Of a DNA stretch of 34,118 nucleotides, positions 25,983-34,118 are shown in pieces. A program made the position numbers and the translations under genes. The stretch is from positions 1 to 34,118 of the forward strand of contig JANOTL010000037.1 of the NCBI GenBank assembly GCA_031416315.1, given 5' to 3'. Numbering within the stretch: position 1 is the stretch's first letter; each line of letters starts with the position of its first letter. The notes below the pieces were generated by a model. The model did not search any database. It was not told where the DNA came from and saw only the letters and a list, made by a program, of their open reading frames with translations. The stretch is from Pseudomonadota bacterium. GTDB lineage: Bacteria; Bdellovibrionota_B; Oligoflexia; Oligoflexales; CAIYRB01.

Positions 25983-26986
25983 GGAAGCTTTTCGCCTTCG
26001 GGCTGGGAACCGGCACGATGAACGCGCGCGGCGAGTGGCTGGAGGTGTTCTTTCCGACGCCCGTCTTGGCCCCCGAGGCGCCGGCCGCTTTCGCGCTGGC
26101 AAAATCTCTGGGCTACGAAAGCGGCAACAAGGCGCTGCAGCTCCACGCCGAGCATCGCACCGCCTTGAAGGCGATGGAGCCTGCGTTCGCGCGGTTCGGC
26201 AACGGGGCACGACCTTTGGTGGCGGTGTTCCTGGAGACGGATGCGGTGCCCGCGACGGTGCCGGAGGCGTACCTGAAGCTGCATCTTCTGTCCCATCGGC
26301 TGGTGAAGCCGCACGGCGTGAACCTGACCGGCCTCTTCAAGCTCTTGCCGAACGTCGCTTGGACGAGTCGCGGGGCGGTCGATCCGGCGGAGCTCGCCGA
26401 GCTGCAGCTCGTCGCTCGGCTCGAAGGCAAGCCGCTTCGCGTCCATTCCGTGGATAAGTTTCCCCAAATGATCGACTACGTCGTGCCATCTGGCGTGCGT
26501 ATTGCAGACGGATCGAGAGTCCGTTTGGGTGCTTACGTCGGGAGTGGCACGACCGTGATGCAGGAAGGGCTGATCAATTTCAACGCCGGCACCGCAGGCC
26601 CAAACATGGTTGAAGGCCGTGTTTCAGCTGGAATTTTCGTGGGCTCCGGCAGCGACCTCGGCGGCGGCTCCTCGACGATGGGGACGCTCTCCGGCGGCGG
26701 CGAGATCGTCGTCAGCGTCGGGAAGAACTGCCTGATCGGCGCGAACGCCGGCTGCGGCATTCCGCTCGGCGACGACTGTACGATCGAGGCCGGCCTCTAC
26801 CTGACCGCGGCGACGAAGGTACGAGTCGTGACGCGCGAAGGTGAAGTGCGCGGCGTGGTGAAGGCGCGAGAGCTTTCGGGGAAAAGCGGCATGCTCTTCC
26901 GGCGCAACTCGCAGAACGGCGCCGTCGAGTGCCTGCCGAACAAGGGCGCGATCGAGCTGAACCTCGAGCTCCACGCGAACAACTGA
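25979..26986 (+). CDS. dapD: Tetrahydrodipicolinate N-succinyltransferase (Pseudomonas/actinobacterial type)
   Basis: AYLKLHLLSHRLVKPH, VDKFPQMIDYVVP, NFNAGT, MVEGRVSAG and LFRRNSQNGAVE motifs. Confidence 0.95.
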   Translation: MRKLFAFGLGTGTMNARGEWLEVFFPTPVLAPEAPAAFALAKSLGYESGNKALQLHAEHRTALKAMEPAFARFGNGARPLVAVFLETDAVPATVPEAYLKLHLLSHRLVKPHGVNLTGLFKLLPNVAWTSRGAVDPAELAELQLVARLEGKPLRVHSVDKFPQMIDYVVPSGVRIADGSRVRLGAYVGSGTTVMQEGLINFNAGTAGPNMVEGRVSAGIFVGSGSDLGGGSSTMGTLSGGGEIVVSVGKNCLIGANAGCGIPLGDDCTIEAGLYLTAATKVRVVTREGEVRGVVKARELSGKSGMLFRRNSQNGAVECLPNKGAIELNLELHANN

Positions 26987-26995
26987 GGAGAGGTC

Positions 26996-28825
26996 GTGCG
27001 TTTCAACCTCTCGTACATCCTTTTCGCGATCTTCGGCGTTCTGCTGATCCACGACGTCTGGGTGCAACAGACGCAGGTCGAGACGATTCCTTACAGCGAG
27101 TTCGAGCGCCTCTTGAAAGCGAACGAGCTGAAGGAAGTGAACGTCGGGCCGACCTACATCACCGGGACGACGAAGACGCCGCTCGAAGGAAAGCGCGACC
27201 ATTTCATGACGACGCGCGTCGATCCGCTCCTGGCGAAAGATTTCGCCGCCGCCTCGAGCAACGCCAAGTTGATGGGAATCGTGGAAAACACGTTCCTGAA
27301 GGACGTCCTGTCCTGGGTCCTGCCGGCGCTGGTCTTCTTCGGGATCTGGATGTTCCTGATGAAACGGATGGCCGGCGGCAAGGGGGGCGGCGGCTTCGGC
27401 GGCGGCCTCATGACGATCGGCAAGAGCAAGGCGAAGATCTACGTCGAGACCGACACGAAGACGACGTTCGCCGACGTCGCGGGCGTCGACGAAGCGAAGG
27501 AAGAGCTGCAGGAGGTGGTGCACTTCCTGAAGAATCCGCTCGAATACGGGCGGCTCGGCGGTCGCATGCCGAAGGGGGTCCTGCTCGTCGGGCCGCCGGG
27601 CACGGGGAAGACGCTCCTGGCGAAGGCGGTCGCCGGCGAGGCGGGCGTGCCGTTCTTCTCGATCTCGGGCAGCGAATTCGTCGAGATGTTCGTCGGCGTC
27701 GGCGCGGCGCGGGTCCGCGATCTGTTCGAGCAGGCGCGGTTGAAAGCGCCGGCGATCATTTTCATCGACGAGTTGGACGCGCTCGGCAAGTCGCGCGGCG
27801 CGGGGCAATTCTCCGGCGGCGGGCACGACGAGAAGGAGCAGACCCTGAACCAGCTCCTGGTGGAGCTGGACGGCTTCGACTCGAAATCAGGGCTCGTGCT
27901 CCTGGCTGCGACGAACCGGCCGGAGATCTTGGACCCGGCGCTCCTGCGCGCCGGGCGCTTCGACCGGCAGGTGCTCGTGGATCGCCCGGACAAAAAGGGG
28001 CGCATCGAGATCCTGAAGGTGCACGTGCGCGCGATCAAGCTCTCGGCGAACGTGGAGCTGGAGCAAGTGGCGGCATTGACGCCGGGATTCACTGGCGCCG
28101 ATCTGGCGAACTTGGTGAACGAAGCGGCGCTGGTGGCGACGCGGCGACGCGCCGACGCGGTGACGATGACGGATTTCACCATGGCGATCGAACGGATCGT
28201 CGCGGGGCTCGAGAAAAGAAACCGGATCCTGAACGTCTTCGAGCGGAAGGTCGTGGCATACCACGAGATGGGGCACGCGCTGGTCTCCGCCGCGCTGGCG
28301 ACGACGGAGCGCGTCCACAAGGTGTCGATCATTCCGCGCGGGATCGGGGCCCTGGGCTACACGATTCAACGGCCGACGGAGGATCGGTTCTTGATGACGA
28401 AGGAAGAGCTGGAAAACAAGATGGCGGTGCTGCTGGGAGGCCGCGCCGCGGAGAAGGTCATCTTCGGGCATTTCTCCACGGGCGCCTCGGACGACCTGGC
28501 GAAGGCGACCGAGATCGCGCGGAGCATGGTGGCGCGGTACGGTATGGCGATCGAGGACGACCTCGGGCACGTGAGCTACGACTCGGAGCAGTCGACGTTC
28601 TTGGGCGGCCCCGCGGGCTCGGGGCTGGTGTCGAGACGGTACAGCGACGAGACGGCGCATCGGATCGACGACGCGGTGAAGAAGCTCTTGGACCGGTGCT
28701 TCGAGCGGGCGGTGCAGACTTTGACGGTGGCGAAGGAAGTGCTGGTCGAGAGTGCGCAGATCCTGCTCGAGAAAGAGACCCTGGACGAGGGGGAGTTGGC
28801 AGGGTTTTTCGCGCAGGTCCGGTAG
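26996..28825 (+). CDS. ftsH: ATP-dependent zinc metalloprotease FtsH
   Basis: Two TM helices; [39 protein letters not shown] before GTG. Confidence 0.96.
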   Translation: MRFNLSYILFAIFGVLLIHDVWVQQTQVETIPYSEFERLLKANELKEVNVGPTYITGTTKTPLEGKRDHFMTTRVDPLLAKDFAAASSNAKLMGIVENTFLKDVLSWVLPALVFFGIWMFLMKRMAGGKGGGGFGGGLMTIGKSKAKIYVETDTKTTFADVAGVDEAKEELQEVVHFLKNPLEYGRLGGRMPKGVLLVGPPGTGKTLLAKAVAGEAGVPFFSISGSEFVEMFVGVGAARVRDLFEQARLKAPAIIFIDELDALGKSRGAGQFSGGGHDEKEQTLNQLLVELDGFDSKSGLVLLAATNRPEILDPALLRAGRFDRQVLVDRPDKKGRIEILKVHVRAIKLSANVELEQVAALTPGFTGADLANLVNEAALVATRRRADAVTMTDFTMAIERIVAGLEKRNRILNVFERKVVAYHEMGHALVSAALATTERVHKVSIIPRGIGALGYTIQRPTEDRFLMTKEELENKMAVLLGGRAAEKVIFGHFSTGASDDLAKATEIARSMVARYGMAIEDDLGHVSYDSEQSTFLGGPAGSGLVSRRYSDETAHRIDDAVKKLLDRCFERAVQTLTVAKEVLVESAQILLEKETLDEGELAGFFAQVR

Positions 28826-28843
28826 GGCGAGGCTTGGTCCTGA

Positions 28844-30214
28844 TCAACGGTCCGCGCGGAAGACCTGATAAAGGCCAAAGGTTTTGTCGATCTGCCGGAG
28901 GGGCTGCAAATTCTTGGACTCCGCCGGCGGTATGCCGAGATAAAGGAAGTCCTCGTTCGCCGGGTAGACCAGGAGGTCGTTCGGCATCAACATTCGAAGC
29001 GACTTCGCGAGCTCCGGGCGGAGATAGTGCGCCAGCTTCTTCCTGAAGTTATGGTCGGCGAGGACCACTTCGCGACCGGCCGACGCCTCCCGCTCGACCG
29101 CGTTCATGGCTTCTCGCAGGACGAGGCGCTCGTGCGACCATGTCTTGTAGGCGAGTCGGACGTCCAACGCCAAGATTACGATGATCACCGAGAGCGCCAC
29201 GCCCCAGCGTCGACCATCCTCGCCGCAAAATCTTTTGGCGCCGATCGCTGCGAGAACGGCCAGGCCCAATATTGCCGGCAAAGTGTACCGAGAAACGAAG
29301 GCATTCGTGAGCTGTGCCAGGATGTAAGCGGCGATCGGCAGAGCGGCAAAGCCGAGGAAGACGACGACGTCGTCTCGGTCGATGCCCGCAGAACGCGGCG
29401 CGAGCGGCTGCAAAACCAAACCGAGGAGCAGCGAACCGCCGAACAAGAGCGCGACGCCGCCGGTTCCGAGGAGAAACTGATAGGTCCAAAGGACTTGCGA
29501 CCAGTCCCTGGGCGCCGCCCAAAACCCGGTCGAAAACGCGCTCACGGCGCGAATCATGCTGGAATAGAGGAGATAAGTCAGGGGCGCGAGGCAGATGATC
29601 GCGCTCGTCGCCGGATCGGCGAGGCGCCGCTTTCCGAGCGAGCGACTGACTTCGCCGGCTGCAAACGGCAGAAGGACCAAGCAGCCGTAGTAGTGGGTCG
29701 AAAGGACGCCAATCAGACAAAGCGCGAAGGCGGGGACCGTGTAGCGTCGGGCTCGGCGCTGCCTCGCGGCGTCCCAAAAAACATAGCTCAAGGCGCTCAA
29801 AGCCAATAGAACCGCATACGAGCGCGCCTCGACGGCAAAGCGAAACTGCGCCAACCAGATGAGCAAGCCGAACCAGGCGGCCGGCCGACCGAGCTTCTTC
29901 AGGAGGACGAAGAAGATGACCGCGCATGCGACCCAATACGCGAGCACGGAAGGTAACCGCAGCACAATTTCGCCGGCGCCGAAGAGCTTCACGCAAAGAA
30001 ACGTGAGGGCGATGAACAGCGGCGGCGTGGCGTCTCCGCTCGAGGGAATCGCTCGCCACAATGCCAACAGGTCCGGCTTCGCCGACAGCCGAAGCGTCAA
30101 GAGCTCGTCGGTCCAAAGATCCTTGATGGAGCTCAGAGCCCAAAGGGCGCTCAGCATGACGACGGAGAAACCCGTGAATGCCACGCGATCGACGATTTTT
30201 CCAGGCCACTGCAT
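28844..30214 (-). CDS. GT-C fold membrane glycosyltransferase (GT39/PMT/ArnT-like)
   Basis: LWTDE after the first TM; TPPLF, LRLPS, EARSYA and THYY motifs; polytopic membrane protein. Confidence 0.8.
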   Translation of the reverse strand: MQWPGKIVDRVAFTGFSVVMLSALWALSSIKDLWTDELLTLRLSAKPDLLALWRAIPSSGDATPPLFIALTFLCVKLFGAGEIVLRLPSVLAYWVACAVIFFVLLKKLGRPAAWFGLLIWLAQFRFAVEARSYAVLLALSALSYVFWDAARQRRARRYTVPAFALCLIGVLSTHYYGCLVLLPFAAGEVSRSLGKRRLADPATSAIICLAPLTYLLYSSMIRAVSAFSTGFWAAPRDWSQVLWTYQFLLGTGGVALLFGGSLLLGLVLQPLAPRSAGIDRDDVVVFLGFAALPIAAYILAQLTNAFVSRYTLPAILGLAVLAAIGAKRFCGEDGRRWGVALSVIIVILALDVRLAYKTWSHERLVLREAMNAVEREASAGREVVLADHNFRKKLAHYLRPELAKSLRMLMPNDLLVYPANEDFLYLGIPPAESKNLQPLRQIDKTFGLYQVFRADR

Positions 30215-30288
30215 GAGTAGGACTCCGAAGCCATCGCCGAAACCTGCGTTCCGGTCGCCTCGGTCCTAGGCCCCCGAGGCGCCGGGGG

Positions 30289-31152
30289 CTATTTGAGCGC
30301 GGCCAAATAGGCGACGAAGCTGCTGCAAGCTTCGCCCTGTTCGGAAATCGCAAAGATGCCGTCGCCTTCGCCCTCGGGAGTCGAGCCTTCCCAGTAAATG
30401 TTCACGTTGGCGAAGCCGGCGTCGAGCAAGGCGTCCTTGAGCTCGGGAATCGACCACATGCGCCAGTCGTACGTGAACGCGTTCTTGCGCTTACGCTCGC
30501 CCTTGCGGCGAAAATGGATGTGGAAGGTCGCGTGGTTCGTCAGCGGGTCGTAGGCGTCTTGGTCCCAGAAGTAGGAGGTCTTCAGATCCTCGAACTCCGT
30601 CTCCTCTTCCGAGGGCTCGTGGCAGTCGGCGCCGCCGAAGCAGTCGATGACCAGGATGCCGTCCTTCTTCAAGGTCGAGAGGCAGTTCTTGAAGTAGTCG
30701 ACCAGGATCTTGCGCTGTTTGAAGATGAAGTAAGAGAAGTTGAGAGCGCAGATCATGTCGACTTTGGGCAGGCCGGAGGACAGGACGTCGGCCTGGTGCA
30801 GGCTAATGCGCTTGCGCTCGGCCGGCTTCAGCTGGGACAGATAGTTGGCGCGGCCGTAAGCGATCGGCTCCGGGTCGAGGTCGACGCCGTGAGCCAGGCG
30901 CTTGGTCCCGCGCTTAACCCAAGAGCAACAATTGGTGAAAGTGCCGCAGAAGTCCTCGCGGAGCGTCTGGGGGACGGCTTTCGCGCCCCGAGCCTCGCGA
31001 TAGACCTGGTCCATGAACTCCATGTCTTCATCAGGGGATTGAACGCTCGCCTTATAGTAAAAATACTTGTCAAAAGGCGGCAAACCATCGGTATAAGGGG
31101 GTTCGGGACGATACATGGGGTCCTCGGCGGAAGCGTCAATGGGTCCCGTCAT
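30289..31152 (-). CDS. Class I SAM-dependent methyltransferase
   Basis: LREDFCGT, GVDLD, DMICALNFSY, LKKDGILVID and FTYDWRMWS motifs. Alternative start ATG 31116 has a GAGGA RBS. Confidence 0.85.
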   Translation of the reverse strand: MTGPIDASAEDPMYRPEPPYTDGLPPFDKYFYYKASVQSPDEDMEFMDQVYREARGAKAVPQTLREDFCGTFTNCCSWVKRGTKRLAHGVDLDPEPIAYGRANYLSQLKPAERKRISLHQADVLSSGLPKVDMICALNFSYFIFKQRKILVDYFKNCLSTLKKDGILVIDCFGGADCHEPSEEETEFEDLKTSYFWDQDAYDPLTNHATFHIHFRRKGERKRKNAFTYDWRMWSIPELKDALLDAGFANVNIYWEGSTPEGEGDGIFAISEQGEACSSFVAYLAALK

Positions 31153-31195
31153 TTAGCCCAGTTTCTTCCGTGCCAACAAGCCGAGATTCCCGCTT

Positions 31196-31636
31196 ATGAC
31201 TGATTCGCACCTGTCGCGACCGAGCTTAGAGCGCGCCGCACCGACGTTCCGCCAGACGACGGCTGATATCGACGTCTCGGTGTGCCCCACCTATCTCGAG
31301 CATCAGTCGAACCCCGGCGAGAGGCTCTTTGTGTGGAGCTACGAGATCGAGATCTCGAACAAGGGCCGCGAGCCCGTACAGCTCCTCGCGCGCCACTGGC
31401 GCATCTACAGCGCCCACGGGCAGCTCATCGAGGTGAAGGGCGCCGGCGTCGTCGGCGACCAACCGCGCCTGAAGCCGGGGTCGAGCTACTCCTACACGAG
31501 CTATACGCACCTCCCGACGCCCTCGGGCCTTATGGTCGGCACTTACTCGATGCAAGTGGACGGCGGCGAAGCGTTCGACGTCGCGGTTCCCGCCTTCTCC
31601 CTCGACAGTCCCGCGCAAGCCGCGATGCCGAACTGA
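31196..31636 (+). CDS. apaG: ApaG protein
   Basis: YEIEISN, QLLARHWRI, VKGAGVVGDQP and TPSGLMVGTY motifs. Confidence 0.93.
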   Translation: MTDSHLSRPSLERAAPTFRQTTADIDVSVCPTYLEHQSNPGERLFVWSYEIEISNKGREPVQLLARHWRIYSAHGQLIEVKGAGVVGDQPRLKPGSSYSYTSYTHLPTPSGLMVGTYSMQVDGGEAFDVAVPAFSLDSPAQAAMPN

Positions 31637-32649
31637 TGGCCGCCGATCGGCCGACCGACGTCGTCCTGTGCAACTTCGGCGGGCCGACCCGAGAGGCCGA
31701 GGTCGAGCCGTTCTTGCGCCGCTTGTTCGAGGATCCCTTCATCCTCCGCTCGCACTGGCTCGGTCCGCGCTCGCGCGCCTTCATCGCGAAAAGGATCTCG
31801 AGGAAACGCGCGCCGAAGATCCTCCCGGAGTATCAGTCGATCGGCTTCTCCCCGATCAACCGCATGACCGAAATCCAAGCGCGTCATTTAGAAAAGGAGC
31901 TGACGCCGCTGAATGCGGACACCCGCGTCATCGTCGTCAACCGCTATACCGCTCCCTTCGCGGACGACGTCGTCGCGACGCTGCAGCCGCGCGATCGTCG
32001 CCTGTTCCTAATCACGCTCTATCCGCATACGTGTCACAGCACCGTCGTCAGCTCGTACCGCGACTTCGATCTCGCCCTCGAGCGCCGCTACGGCGCGCGC
32101 GATATCGGCGCCACGAAGATCTACTCGTGGTGGTACAACCGCCGCTTCATCGAGCACGGCGCCAAGCGTCTCACCGCGGCGATCGAGCCCGCACTCGCCG
32201 GCAAAGAGCATGTCACCGTGCTGTTCTCCGCCCACGGCATCCCCGAGAAGTTCAACGAGCGCGGCGACCCCTACGTCAACGAGACGATGGGTCATTACAA
32301 CGAGCTCCGGCGCCTCGCCGAGGCGTGGCTAGCCGGCCGCGGCGCCCAAGGCCGTGTCAGCTTTCACCTCTCCTTTCAAAGCCGCGTCGGCCCCGTCGCC
32401 TGGGTGAAGCCCTACACGGAGGAGGTCATTACTTCGCTCGGACGCGGTCCGGGCAAAGGCGGCTCGCTCGTGATGGTGCCGATCAGCTTCACCGCCGATC
32501 ACATCGAGACGCTGAGCGAGATGGATCACACCTACAAGGCGCTGGCGCTGGCGCAAGGATTTACCGCGTATTTCCGCGCCGCGCCGGCGAACGACGATCC
32601 GGAGCTCGCCGCTTGCCTGCGCGAGGTCTTGGTGCAACATGGATTCTGA
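31636..32649 (+). CDS. hemH: Ferrochelatase
   Basis: NFGGP, LYPH, LFSAHGIP, GDPY, FQSRVGP, WVKP and FTADHIETL motifs. ATG 31636 overlaps the apaG TGA. Confidence 0.93.
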   Translation: MAADRPTDVVLCNFGGPTREAEVEPFLRRLFEDPFILRSHWLGPRSRAFIAKRISRKRAPKILPEYQSIGFSPINRMTEIQARHLEKELTPLNADTRVIVVNRYTAPFADDVVATLQPRDRRLFLITLYPHTCHSTVVSSYRDFDLALERRYGARDIGATKIYSWWYNRRFIEHGAKRLTAAIEPALAGKEHVTVLFSAHGIPEKFNERGDPYVNETMGHYNELRRLAEAWLAGRGAQGRVSFHLSFQSRVGPVAWVKPYTEEVITSLGRGPGKGGSLVMVPISFTADHIETLSEMDHTYKALALAQGFTAYFRAAPANDDPELAACLREVLVQHGF

Positions 32650-33037
32650 GGCTCCGGGTGCTTCGCCGAAGAAGCCGTCGGTCCTCTTCGTCGACGACGA
32701 GGTCGACATCACCGAGATCGCCGAGCACTACTTCACCGAGGCCGGCTGGGACGTCGTCGTCGCGCAGGACATCTCGGCCGCGAAGCGCCTGCTCGAGGCG
32801 CTGCCAATCGACGTCGTCCTCTCCGATATCATGATGCGCGGGGGCAACGGCACTGAGCTCTTCAACTGGCTTCGGGTGAATCGCGGCCGCAAGACCCCGT
32901 TCTTCATGCTTACCGGTTGCCTCGACGACCGCGTCGCCGAGGCCCGCGCTCAGGGCGTCAATGAGGTCTTTTTCAAGCCGTGTCACTGGCCGACGGTGAT
33001 CGAACGGTTGCGAAATGCCGTCCTGGCTCCGGCCTGA
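32639..33037 (+). CDS. Single-domain response regulator (CheY-like receiver)
   Basis: VDDE, phospho-Asp in LSDIMM, LTG, KP. Confidence 0.88.
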   Translation: MDSEAPGASPKKPSVLFVDDEVDITEIAEHYFTEAGWDVVVAQDISAAKRLLEALPIDVVLSDIMMRGGNGTELFNWLRVNRGRKTPFFMLTGCLDDRVAEARAQGVNEVFFKPCHWPTVIERLRNAVLAPA

Positions 33038-33072
33038 TCGGAGCATCCCGATGCGAACTCCCGGTCGACGCG

Positions 33073-34017
33073 TCACTGAGTGGCGGCTTCGCACTCCGCC
33101 TTCGTGCTCGCGCCTTGCGGCCGATCGGATTCGCACGGCGAAAAGATCTCCTCGCAGATCTTGTCGGCATTCGCGAACCAGCCGAAGGAACACGAGCCGT
33201 CGGTCGGCTTGGCGTTCGTGCTCGCTCCGCGACAAGCGACCCAGCCCGGGCCGAAGGTGTCTTCCGTGCACGGGCAATCCGTGCTGTCGGAGGCGCAAGG
33301 CGCGCAGACTCCGCTCGCGAAAGAGGCGAGGGTGCAAGACTTCGCTCGTAGCTCGTCGTTCGCCATTTTGAGGAAGTCGAAGGCGCCTAGCCCTCCGAAC
33401 TTGGCTTTGCAGGCGGCGTCCACTTCGGCGCGCGCGAAAGCCTGCTGGCTCGCGGGAATGACGAGCTCGTACGTGTTCCAGGGGACGTCCTCGTTGCCCT
33501 CGCGATAGGTGCCTGTGAGCTCACAGGGGCCCTTGGCCGGAACGCCGGCGTCATCGCCCTCAGTGTATTGGACGGTATAAACGGCGCCAACGGTCGCGCA
33601 AGCCGCTGCGGGAAGTTTCATGGCGTCGGTCGCCGCATCGTAGACGGCCGTCTCCGCGGGTTGTTTCGTGCCAGCGGGAAAGTATTCGACCTTGCCGCCG
33701 AGCGGCGTCGGCGACAGCTTGATCGTCGTTCCGTCCGCCGGGCACTTCGTCATGATCGTGCAAGTGAGGACGTATTGCGCCGGTAGGCTCTTCGAGGCGG
33801 TCGCCGAGCATGCCACGGCTTCGCTCGTCGCCGTCTGAGCAAGAATGGTCCCGGTTGCGGCGCTCCCGCCGGTTGCTCCCGTCGCACCGGTCGCACCGCT
33901 CGGTCCGCTGCTCGCGGTCGCCACGGGCTTATTCTTCTGGTCCGACTGGCCGTTGGTTTGCTCGAGGGCGCCGCAAGCGAAAAGCATCGGCGCGAGAATG
34001 ACGACAAGACGTTTCAT
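33073..34017 (-). CDS. Cysteine-rich lipoprotein, function unknown
   Basis: GGAGG RBS; lipobox LFAC; GPSGATGATGATG tether; 16 further Cys. Confidence 0.8.
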   Translation of the reverse strand: MKRLVVILAPMLFACGALEQTNGQSDQKNKPVATASSGPSGATGATGATGGSAATGTILAQTATSEAVACSATASKSLPAQYVLTCTIMTKCPADGTTIKLSPTPLGGKVEYFPAGTKQPAETAVYDAATDAMKLPAAACATVGAVYTVQYTEGDDAGVPAKGPCELTGTYREGNEDVPWNTYELVIPASQQAFARAEVDAACKAKFGGLGAFDFLKMANDELRAKSCTLASFASGVCAPCASDSTDCPCTEDTFGPGWVACRGASTNAKPTDGSCSFGWFANADKICEEIFSPCESDRPQGASTKAECEAATQ

Positions 34018-34069
34018 TTTGGGCCTCCAGCCTCGTTTTCGGTCCCAGCAGGAGAAACCTGAGTGATCG

Positions 34070-34118
<49 letters not shown>

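Noticed and set aside
30270..30289. gcccccg-aggcgc-cgggggc hairpin after the methyltransferase stop
   Set aside because: A 7-bp GC stem without a T tract is too weak to call as a terminator in this GC background.
31282..31635. N-terminal extension of ferrochelatase
   Set aside because: It overlaps apaG out of frame; the TGATG-coupled start at 31636 gives a normal-length HemH.

Overview
High-GC bacterial window. The gene style (many Cys-rich lipoproteins, a TPR-like/winged-helix regulator, myxobacterial-type TonB-dependent receptor, stand-alone PilZ) suggests Bdellovibrionota/Oligoflexia or a related deltaproteobacterial lineage; this is inference. Bases 1-3040 are the decayed end of an island abutting the 3' end of tRNA-Ala(TGC). 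They hold a phage-type integrase, a degenerate RIT (recombinase-in-trio) element whose 2nd and 3rd genes are fused in frame by a deletion (missed by the ORF track), and an IS66 transposase fragment. The rest is chromosomal: a TonB / outer-membrane barrel / TBDR / lipoprotein cluster with ndh; a regulator paired with a secreted repeat-peptide protein; a zincin peptidase + ATP-grasp ligase pair; a ~1190-aa surface lipoprotein with apparently nested domains; a GMC oxidase, PilZ, ABC exporter and GNAT; tdk-dapD-ftsH; a GT-C glycosyltransferase and SAM methyltransferase; and apaG-hemH-receiver. The final 48 G bases are probably a sequencing artefact. All calls come from reading the sequence and motif recall; no searches were run.
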